This document shows, piece by piece, positions 56,743-64,000 of a DNA stretch of 64,000 nt. The DNA lies in the NCBI GenBank assembly GCA_041694815.1, contig JBGFSC010000005.1, forward strand, positions 22,973 through 86,972. The letters run 5' to 3'. This DNA comes from Elusimicrobiota bacterium. GTDB lineage: Bacteria > Elusimicrobiota > Elusimicrobia > UBA1565 > JACRDR01. The first letter of the stretch is position 1. Every line of letters starts with the position of its first letter. Under the pieces are notes generated by a model. That model was not told the DNA's origin. It ran no database searches and worked only from the letters and a program-made list of their open reading frames with translations. The translations under genes and the position numbers were made by a program.

Positions 56743-58146
56743 CTACGCCCGCACGATCTTCTGGCGCTCTTCCTTGACCGCCCCGCAGGCGTTGCGGGTG
56801 TCGACGACCAGGGAGGCGTGTTTGACGATCCAGGAGTAGTCGTAATCGCTGTGGTTGGTCGCGATCAAGACCGCGTCCTTGCCGGAGATTTCCTCCTCGG
56901 TCAAGGCGACGGATTTCACCTTGAGGTGGCGGTAATGGCGCATCGTCGGGAAAACCGGGATGTACGGGTCATGGTAGACGACGCGAGCCCCCTTCTCCCC
57001 CAGGAGCTCCAGGAGGCGGAAGGACGGAGACTCGCGCGGGTCGTCGATGTCCTTCTTGTAGGCCAGGCCCAGCAGCAGGATCTTCGCGGATTCCAGGGAT
57101 TGTCCGCGCGCGCGCAAGGCCTGCTCCAATTTACCTACGACGTAATAGGGCATCTGCGTGTTGAGCTCCCCCGCCAGATCGATGAAGCGCGTCGAGAACT
57201 GGTACTCGCGCGCTTTCCATGAAAGGTAAAAAGGGTCGATGGGGATGCAGTGGCCCCCCAACCCCGGCCCGGGATGAAATGCCTGGAAACCGAAGGGCTT
57301 GGTCGAGGCGGCGTCGATGACCTCCCAGACGTCGATGCCCATACGGTCGAAACACATCTTGAGCTCGTTGACGAGGGCGATGTTAACGCAGCGGTAGATA
57401 TTCTCCAATAACTTGGCCGCTTCCGCGGATTCCCATGAGGAGACCTCCACGACGCGGACGACGGCGGAACGGTAGAGCTCGGCGGCCACCCGCCGGGAAT
57501 GGTCATCGGCGGCCCCCACCACTTTCGGTATGGTCTCATTGTTGAACTGCTTGTTGCCGGGATCCTCCCGCTCCGGGGAGAAGGCAAGAAAGAAGTCCTT
57601 GCCGCAGCGAAGCCCCTTCTTTTGGAGCTCCGGCTTCATGACCTCTCTCGTGGTGCCGGGATAGGTGGTGCTCTCGAGGATGACTAGCTGCCCCGCCCTC
57701 TGATTCTCAGCGATGGATTTCGCGGTGGCTCGGATGAAGGAGAGGTCGGGCCGGCCGTCGGCCGTCAGCGGGGTCGGTACGCAGATGATGATGGCGTCCA
57801 TCGCTCCCAGGCGCTTGAAATCGGAAGTGGCCTCCATGCGCCGGCTACGCCTCAATTCGGCCACGATGGAAGAGGGGACCGAGCCGATGTAGGACTCCCC
57901 CCGATTGAGCTTCTTGACCTTGGCCTCGTCCACGTCGAAGCCGGTGACGGAATAGCCCCGGGAGGTGAACAGGCGCACGAGCGGAAGGCCGACGTAGCCG
58001 AGCCCGATCACGCCGACGCGGGCCTGCCGGGTGTGGATTTTCTGCAACAGCCGGTCAACCGCCGAACTCGCCTCGCGGGCGTTGCCGTTGCCGTTGCCGC
58101 TACCGCCGTTTCCGAGCGACTTGGGACGCAATAGGGTCTTATTCAT
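56743..58146 (-). CDS. Nucleotide-sugar dehydrogenase, UDP-N-acetylhexosamine (WbpA/WecC/TviB) type
   Basis: GLGYVG, CVPTP, ESTTYPG, SPER, KLLEN, GGHCIPIDP, D.RESP. Confidence 0.9.
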   Translation of the reverse strand: MNKTLLRPKSLGNGGSGNGNGNAREASSAVDRLLQKIHTRQARVGVIGLGYVGLPLVRLFTSRGYSVTGFDVDEAKVKKLNRGESYIGSVPSSIVAELRRSRRMEATSDFKRLGAMDAIIICVPTPLTADGRPDLSFIRATAKSIAENQRAGQLVILESTTYPGTTREVMKPELQKKGLRCGKDFFLAFSPEREDPGNKQFNNETIPKVVGAADDHSRRVAAELYRSAVVRVVEVSSWESAEAAKLLENIYRCVNIALVNELKMCFDRMGIDVWEVIDAASTKPFGFQAFHPGPGLGGHCIPIDPFYLSWKAREYQFSTRFIDLAGELNTQMPYYVVGKLEQALRARGQSLESAKILLLGLAYKKDIDDPRESPSFRLLELLGEKGARVVYHDPYIPVFPTMRHYRHLKVKSVALTEEEISGKDAVLIATNHSDYDYSWIVKHASLVVDTRNACGAVKEERQKIVRA

Positions 58147-58235
58147 AGGGCGGGATTATATCGCCCTCCCCCAAGCCCGCCCATAGCGGCGCGGTAAAGA
58201 AAGCGTCTCTTTTGGATGAAGCCGAGCCTGCGGTT

Positions 58236-59051
58236 CTAGCGCGGGCCCGGCGCGGGGACGGTCAGCACCGGCGTGGACGAAAAGCGAAGGACGCGCTCCA
58301 CCGTGGTGCCGAGGACCCAGTCGCGTAGCATGGACTTGCGCTGGGCGACCAAGACGATCCAGGCCGATCTTCCGGCCTTGAGGATCTCCTCCGTAGGGTA
58401 GCCCCGGCGCCATTTGGTCTTGACCCGCGCGCGACGGGCCGTCGCGGCCGACAGGCGCTTGCGGACCGACTCGAGGGAGCCGGTGGGGTCGGGATCTGCC
58501 GGCCCGATGATATGCAAAACGGTCATCGGCGCTCCAAACGCGGCAGCGACCTTAGCGGCGACGCGCACTCCTTGCTCCGAATGGGAATTAAAATCGACCG
58601 GGGCCAGGACGGAGCGCATCTTCGCGGGTCGGCCGTGCAGGACCAGCACGGGGATAGTAGAGCGGCGCACCACGTCCTCCGCGACCGATCCCAGCCATAA
58701 ACGGAGCAGTCCCGTCGCCCCGTGAGTGCCCATCACGATAAGATCGGAGCCAAGTTCTTCCGCCATGCGGAGTATCGCCACTACGGCATCGCCTTGCGAC
58801 ACGTGCAACCGCGGACCCTTACCCGCGATCTGCCGCAGCCGGCGCAAAATGGCCTCCTTGGAGCCGCTCTCGTGATAGGCCGCGGCGGCCAGCATCCCCT
58901 CCGTCATGGGAGGCGGCTCCTGGACATAGACGACGTCCACGGACGCCCGGAAACGGCGAGCGAGCTCCTTGGCGTGGCTCAAGGACGGCGCGCTGACCCA
59001 GCTGAAATCGACCGGCACCAGGATTCGCCTGGGAGGGAATCTCACGTTCAT
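58236..59051 (-). CDS. Tandem universal stress protein
   Basis: Two PVDF domains, MGTHG...GSVAEDVVR, GTTVERVLR. Confidence 0.9.
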   Translation of the reverse strand: MNVRFPPRRILVPVDFSWVSAPSLSHAKELARRFRASVDVVYVQEPPPMTEGMLAAAAYHESGSKEAILRRLRQIAGKGPRLHVSQGDAVVAILRMAEELGSDLIVMGTHGATGLLRLWLGSVAEDVVRRSTIPVLVLHGRPAKMRSVLAPVDFNSHSEQGVRVAAKVAAAFGAPMTVLHIIGPADPDPTGSLESVRKRLSAATARRARVKTKWRRGYPTEEILKAGRSAWIVLVAQRKSMLRDWVLGTTVERVLRFSSTPVLTVPAPGPR

Positions 59052-60568
59052 TGCGACACGGCCGGCACGACCGTCTCGCGGACATCGGCTGGGCTTTCGA
59101 TCCGGACCTCTCCACCCCGCCTACGATAATCCTCGCACCAGTCGCTCAGCAATTGTTGCGCCGCGTGATCGATGTAGGCGAGCTCGATCCGGATTCGAAC
59201 ATTGCGCCTGGGAGGAACCATCTCGAGAAGCCGGTCCAATTTCGCGAGGTTCATGAAGCTGGCCGTGCCCGACAGCACAAAGGCCTCGTCGTATTCGCCC
59301 TCCGGAACCTCCTTCTGACACTGCAGGCGGGATATCCTATAAAGCAGCAGGATGGTCGCCGCGCCCAGTCCCGCGATGATGCCGTTGAGCAGATTCGAGG
59401 CGACGATCGTCGCGACGGTGACGAGGAAGACGGCCGCCTCCCCCTTGTCGATCTCCCACAGATGCCGGATCGCGGCCGGATTTACCAGCTTGACGCCGGT
59501 AAAGACCAAGATGGCGGCCAGGCTCGAGACCGGCACATAGGTCAGGAGTCCGGGCATCGCGGTCAAGAACAGCAACAGCCAGAATCCGTGAAGCATGGTC
59601 GAGGCCCGGCTTCGGGCGCCCGCCTGGACGTTGGTCGCACTGCGAACGATCACGCCGGTGATCGGCGGACAGCCCAGGACACCCGCGATCAGCTGTCCCG
59701 TCCCCTGCGCCATGATCTCGCGGTCATAATTCGTCTTGGTCCGGCCGGTCATCTGGTCTACGGCCGTCGCGGTCAGCAGCGTCTCGGCGCTGGCCACGAA
59801 GGCGACCGTCAACGCCGCGCCGAATAGGGACGGGGTCAACAGCCCGGCGAGGCCCTCCAGGGAGGGAAAGGATAGGGCTGACCCGAGCGCCTCCGGGATC
59901 TGGATGAAGCGTATCGGCATTGCAAGGGCGTTGGCGGCAGCGATCGCGACCGCTACCCCGGCGAGCGACGGAGGCACGGCGCGCAGCAGGCGCGGCGGCT
60001 TCCAGCCCCACAGCAAGATCGTTACGATCGTCAAGACGCCGACCAGCGCGGCTTGGGGATGAGCGGAGTCCCCCCCCAGCGTAACAGCCTTCACGATGGC
60101 TTTGGGAATGGTCGCGAGATTGACGAGCGCGCTGCCCGCCGGCGAGTCATCGATCATGACGTGAAACTGGCTGGCGAAGATCACCACGCCGATGCCGCTA
60201 AGCATCCCCTTGATAACCGCCGGTGACACGCTGCGGAAGCTTCGCGCCAGGCCAGCCGCGCCGAAAGCGATCTGGATGGCCCCCGCCCCGATGAGGATGA
60301 CCCCAAGGCCTGATATCCCGTGCCGTCCGACTATGTCGACGACGATCGTGATGAGGCCGGCCGCGGGGCCGCTCACCTGAAGCGGGCAGCCGGCCAAGCC
60401 GCCGACGATCAGCCCCCCGATGATTCCGCTGATGATGCCCGTTACCGGAGGCACGCCCGAGGCCAGAGCGATCCCCAGGCACAGCGGCAGCGCCACCAGG
60501 AATACGACCAGCGAGGACAAAAAATCCGCCGCCCAAGACTCCTTGGAGTTTTCCGGATGCCCCGTCAT
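59048..60568 (-). CDS. SulP/SLC26 anion (probable bicarbonate) transporter
   Basis: ALPLCLGIALASG, VSGPAAG, TGVIVRS, short STAS-like end. Confidence 0.9.
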   Translation of the reverse strand: MTGHPENSKESWAADFLSSLVVFLVALPLCLGIALASGVPPVTGIISGIIGGLIVGGLAGCPLQVSGPAAGLITIVVDIVGRHGISGLGVILIGAGAIQIAFGAAGLARSFRSVSPAVIKGMLSGIGVVIFASQFHVMIDDSPAGSALVNLATIPKAIVKAVTLGGDSAHPQAALVGVLTIVTILLWGWKPPRLLRAVPPSLAGVAVAIAAANALAMPIRFIQIPEALGSALSFPSLEGLAGLLTPSLFGAALTVAFVASAETLLTATAVDQMTGRTKTNYDREIMAQGTGQLIAGVLGCPPITGVIVRSATNVQAGARSRASTMLHGFWLLLFLTAMPGLLTYVPVSSLAAILVFTGVKLVNPAAIRHLWEIDKGEAAVFLVTVATIVASNLLNGIIAGLGAATILLLYRISRLQCQKEVPEGEYDEAFVLSGTASFMNLAKLDRLLEMVPPRRNVRIRIELAYIDHAAQQLLSDWCEDYRRRGGEVRIESPADVRETVVPAVSQ

Positions 60569-61218
60569 CACGCCCTCCTCGCTACGGCTTCCGCCGCTTT
60601 CCGGCCCGCGCCCTCCTTCTCGGAGAAGGACACGACGCCGGTGCGCAGGTCATAAAATGCGCCCACGACACCGAAGGCGCCCTTCTCGTGGAGCCCTCGC
60701 AGCTCCGGACTTTTGCTGAGGAGCTTTTCGCGTTGCGTGTCGACGTTTCGCCATACGGCAGCGTCTAATCCCCCGCCGTTGCCAAGATCTCGTCCTTCGC
60801 TAATGGACAACCGGACGCCCGCGACCAGCCTGCGCAGGTGGCGGGGGGCCCCGGCGGGGACGCCCTCCAGGGCGGCGCCGACCGCGCCGCAGGAGGAATG
60901 CCCCAGGATCACACAGAGCGCGGTGCCGAGCTTGAGCGCCGCGTACTCGATCGAGCCGATAATCCAGGGCGTCGCGATATTTCCCGCGACGCGGCAGACG
61001 AACAGCTCCCCGAGCCCGCAATCGAAAACCAGCTCCGCCGGGGCGCGGGAATCCGCGCAGCCGATCACGGCGGCGAAAGGCTTTTGGCCCTTCTCCGCCA
61101 GCTCCCGGAGTTTCTGGATGCTCGAGAGCGATTCCACTGACCTCAGCCCAGAGACGAAGCGGGCGTTTCCATCTATTAGACGCTTAAGCGACGTTTGAAC
61201 GTTTGAATTCGTGAGCAT
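60568..61218 (-). CDS. Beta-class carbonic anhydrase
   Basis: GN.RF, CADSR, RVAGN, GHSSCGAV. Confidence 0.93.
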   Translation of the reverse strand: MLTNSNVQTSLKRLIDGNARFVSGLRSVESLSSIQKLRELAEKGQKPFAAVIGCADSRAPAELVFDCGLGELFVCRVAGNIATPWIIGSIEYAALKLGTALCVILGHSSCGAVGAALEGVPAGAPRHLRRLVAGVRLSISEGRDLGNGGGLDAAVWRNVDTQREKLLSKSPELRGLHEKGAFGVVGAFYDLRTGVVSFSEKEGAGRKAAEAVARRA

Positions 61219-61291
61219 GACCCTCCCCATAAAACGACCTGTTTTATCCTTTATTCTTGCCGTAAAAGGCTATTCGACCGAGTCTATCCGG

Positions 61292-61636
61292 CTAGGCGCG
61301 GAGGGAAGAGTCGGGTGGGGCGTTGAGGCGTGGGGAAAAGCCGTCGCAGAGGCGCAGAGAATACACGCAGTCGTGAGAAAAGGCGACGGGAGACCAGGCC
61401 GGATGCAGATGCGGCAATGCGGAATCGAAGTCGTCCAGGTCGCCCTGGCGGGTATTGTCGTCCGAGGAGGAATGATCCTCCGCGCACGGCCGCGAGTCCT
61501 CCCGGCAATCGTGTTCGGCCGCGGAAACGGCCGCGGCTTTCGAGTCCGAAGGCGCCGAGACCTTGAAGGTGCTAGTGAGCAGCAAAGCGAGCAACAAGCC
61601 GAACGCGAGAGGCAAACGCCCTCGAATACCGTCCAT
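61292..61636 (-). CDS. Small exported leader-like protein (Cys/His/Asp-rich, C-terminal RLNAPP)
   Basis: Hydrophobic N-terminus; TTGACT-17-TACAAT promoter (61677-61649) directly upstream; first ORF before the carbonic anhydrase. Confidence 0.5.
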   Translation of the reverse strand: MDGIRGRLPLAFGLLLALLLTSTFKVSAPSDSKAAAVSAAEHDCREDSRPCAEDHSSSDDNTRQGDLDDFDSALPHLHPAWSPVAFSHDCVYSLRLCDGFSPRLNAPPDSSLRA

Positions 61637-61761
61637 GGTCAATGTGCCATTGTAACAGACCTACCCACTTTAGTCAACGGGTCCCAACATGAAGTTTACG
61701 GCCTTGCTATCGCCGAGACTTGCAGGAAAGACTACACTGCTTCGCCGTCCAGGAGGCCATT

Positions 61762-62187
61762 ATGAAAGTAAAAGATATTATGACCAAGAACCCCCGCTGC
61801 TGCGCGCCGGGAACCTCGCTCGAGGAGGTCGCCAAGATCATGTGCAATTCCAACGTCGGCGAGGTCCCCGTCGTGGAAAGCGAGCAGAACCGTAAGATCA
61901 AGGGCGTCATTACCGACCGGGACATCACCTGCCGCAGCCTCGCCCAAGGAAAAAATCCGCTGGAGCTGGCGGCGCGCGACTGCATGAGCTCCCCGGCCAT
62001 CACCGTGACCCCCGAAACCAGCGTCGACGCCTGCTGCCAGCTGCTCGAAAAGCATCAGATCCGCCGGGTGCCCGTGATCGACCGGGAGAATCGCTGCGTC
62101 GGCATCGTCGCCCAGGCGGATATCGCCCTTAAATGCGAATCGACCAAAACCGCGGAGGTCGTGCGTGAGGTAAGCCAAGTCGCTTAA
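61762..62187 (+). CDS. CBS-domain protein
   Basis: AGGAGG RBS, MKVKDIMT, GVITDRDI, IRRVPV, GIVAQAD. Confidence 0.9.
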   Translation: MKVKDIMTKNPRCCAPGTSLEEVAKIMCNSNVGEVPVVESEQNRKIKGVITDRDITCRSLAQGKNPLELAARDCMSSPAITVTPETSVDACCQLLEKHQIRRVPVIDRENRCVGIVAQADIALKCESTKTAEVVREVSQVA

Positions 62188-62307
62188 AAAGGGCTGGTTT
62201 AATGCTATAGTAAGGGGGACGGCCGAACCGTAGCTCGCCCTCCTCATTTTCATCTCTGCGGCGCCCGCCTGTATCCCTGAGAGCCGTCGGCTCTTAGGCG
62301 GGGTTTA

Positions 62308-63201
62308 ATGCCTACGACGCTGCTTGCCGAAAGGGCCTCTTATCTTTTCACCGGCGCGCCTTTTTTGGGCGACTACCTGCTCAACGGCAGAACGCCGTCT
62401 AGCCCCGCAGCCTTGCTCGTCGCGGGGGCGCTCGCATCGGTGATCCTGGCGCTCATACTGGTCACGCGGCACAATCGCAAGCTGACCCAACGCATCGACA
62501 CGCTGCGGCAAACGATGAACGAAGCCATCATTCACGATCTCAAGAACCCGATGACCTCCATCATGGGCTGCCTATCGGTGCTCCGCGATAACGGGCTCGA
62601 GGAGTCCGGCAGGGAAAAACTGGTCGCGATCGCCCTAAACTCTTGCCGCGCCCAACTAACCCTGCTCGACACGCTCGTCGATTCGAACCGCCTTGAATGC
62701 GGGGAGCTCGCGCCCAATCGATCTCCCATCGACATCGGCGCGCTATTGCGCCAAAGCCTCGATGGGGTCCGAGGAACCGCCGAGTTCCTGGGGGTCCGAA
62801 TCGAGGAGCAGCTCGGCGCATCCCTGCCGTCGCACATCAGCGTCGACCCCGACCTCTTTCCAAGAGTCATACTGAACCTGCTCCATAACGCGCTCAAGTA
62901 TACGCCCAAGGGCGGCGTGGTCAAGCTCAGCGCGAACGCGGCCGAAGGAGACCTTCGCTTCAAGATTCACGATACGGGCTGCGGCATCGGTCAAGAGCAT
63001 CTCGCGAGGCTGTTCGGGAAATACTATCGGATCGAGGGCGGGGACCAGACGAGCCGCAGAGGCACGGGACTCGGCCTCTACTTCTGCCGGCTCGTCGTCG
63101 AGGCGCACGGCGGCGCGATCAGCGTCGCCAGCGAATTAGGCAAGGGAACCACTATCTCGATCGGAATTCCCCTCGACGGACACGGGAGCCAACGACCATG
63201 A
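62308..63201 (+). CDS. Sensor histidine kinase (one TM, HisKA + HATPase)
   Basis: HDLKNP, NLLHNALKY, DTGCG, GTGLGL. Confidence 0.9.
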   Translation: MPTTLLAERASYLFTGAPFLGDYLLNGRTPSSPAALLVAGALASVILALILVTRHNRKLTQRIDTLRQTMNEAIIHDLKNPMTSIMGCLSVLRDNGLEESGREKLVAIALNSCRAQLTLLDTLVDSNRLECGELAPNRSPIDIGALLRQSLDGVRGTAEFLGVRIEEQLGASLPSHISVDPDLFPRVILNLLHNALKYTPKGGVVKLSANAAEGDLRFKIHDTGCGIGQEHLARLFGKYYRIEGGDQTSRRGTGLGLYFCRLVVEAHGGAISVASELGKGTTISIGIPLDGHGSQRP

Positions 63202-63593
63202 CCTCGGAAAAAATATCTCTTCCCCGCCTGCTCGTCATCGACGACGACATCGCCATCCGGACCATGCTGGAGACGGCACTGGAAACCCGCTATGACGTCG
63301 TCTCCCTTCCAGGCGGCGCCGAGGTGCTCAAAACGATCGAAGCGCATGACCCGCAACTGGTGCTTTTAGACGTCAACATCGCCGCCGACGACGGCTTCGA
63401 GATCTGCGAGCGCATCCGCGCCCAGCCCCGTCTCAAGCGGCTCCCGATCCTGTTCATGACGATCCGCAAGGACAACGCGACCTTTTTGAAAAGCCTAGAG
63501 ACCGGCGGCGACGCCTATATCCAAAAGCCCTTTGAGATTTCCGCTCTGCGAGAAAAGATCGACTACCTGCTCAGCAATCGCCGACAGCCATGA
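63198..63593 (+). CDS. Single-domain response regulator
   Basis: LVIDDD, LLDV, FMT, KPF; 4-nt overlap with the kinase. Confidence 0.9.
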   Translation: MTSEKISLPRLLVIDDDIAIRTMLETALETRYDVVSLPGGAEVLKTIEAHDPQLVLLDVNIAADDGFEICERIRAQPRLKRLPILFMTIRKDNATFLKSLETGGDAYIQKPFEISALREKIDYLLSNRRQP

Positions 63594-63778
63594 GAGAGCG
63601 CCAATGCGAGGCAGTCACGATCGCCGGAACCTATTCGCCATCGCACCGCTGCCTCAAACGCCACGGCATCGTAAAGAAAGGCTCCCGCTTTTTCTGTCCG
63701 CACCACCGCGCCTCGACCGCGCGGAGAAAAACAGGCCAGGCGTCATTGCGGTTTCCTCTTATGCTGGCGCGAAGTTAA
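63590..63778 (+). CDS. Small basic putative Zn-finger protein
   Basis: ATGA overlap with the regulator stop; QCEAVT..G...RC...FCPHH C3H pattern. Confidence 0.45.
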   Translation: MRERQCEAVTIAGTYSPSHRCLKRHGIVKKGSRFFCPHHRASTARRKTGQASLRFPLMLARS

Positions 63779-63834
63779 CAACAAATCGGTCAGCGCATGC
63801 ACTGATTTATAAAGGCGGATTATGTCCGGACGCC

Positions 63835-63874
63835 TGAGCCCTACAGCCTAAACGCTGTTAGGCCTTTAGGCCCA
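63835..63874. promoter_or_regulatory. Two copies of the 16-bp palindromic motif at 24-bp spacing
   Basis: TGAGCCCTACAGCCTA 63835-63850, TAGGCCTTTAGGCCCA 63859-63874. Confidence 0.5.
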
Positions 63875-64000
63875 CAGCTGTAGAACTCGTCGGGCACATC
63901 GTTACCACCTACCGAAAGAACGAGAAATCTGTTGGATGTCGTTTAAAGAATTAAAAAGAATGAGGCGCAAGCACTCCCTGACAGAACGCGAATTCGTGAC

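Noticed and set aside
63960..64000. Start of an ORF (MRRKHSLTEREFV) at the right edge
   Set aside because: Too short to support a call within this window

Overview
High-GC bacterial chromosomal window. The gene repertoire (PorV-like barrels, T9SS-type C-terminal domains, orphan Gly-zipper proteins) suggests Elusimicrobiota or a similar diderm lineage; this is inference only. The left half is mostly housekeeping: queF, Cu-type P1B ATPase, rlmD, a sugar ABC transporter, lspA, ileS, acyl-CoA dehydrogenase, S9 peptidase, an M23-bactofilin-SurA-PfkB-ABC operon, cysM-JAMM-[Ubl-E1-rhodanese], alaS and tRNA-Arg(CCG). It also holds a VapBC-type TA pair and an HNH cassette. That cassette has concentric inverted repeats upstream and a ~240-nt highly structured element downstream. 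The right half is accessory. A ~19 kb locus (39524-58146) combines a PilZ-fused hyaluronan-synthase-like GT2, two proteins with degenerate deacetylase domains (one a TPR-CE4-barrel export protein), PorV-like barrels coupled to CTD cargo proteins, and nucleotide-sugar supply genes. It is followed by a leader ORF-carbonic anhydrase-SulP-USP operon, a CBS protein and a two-component pair. Two regulatory patterns recur: -10 boxes 4-8 nt before start codons (leaderless mRNAs) and a 16-bp palindromic motif arrayed at 22-25 bp spacing upstream of orphan genes. No CRISPR array, rRNA, integrase or transposase was seen. All family assignments come from motif reading, not database searches.
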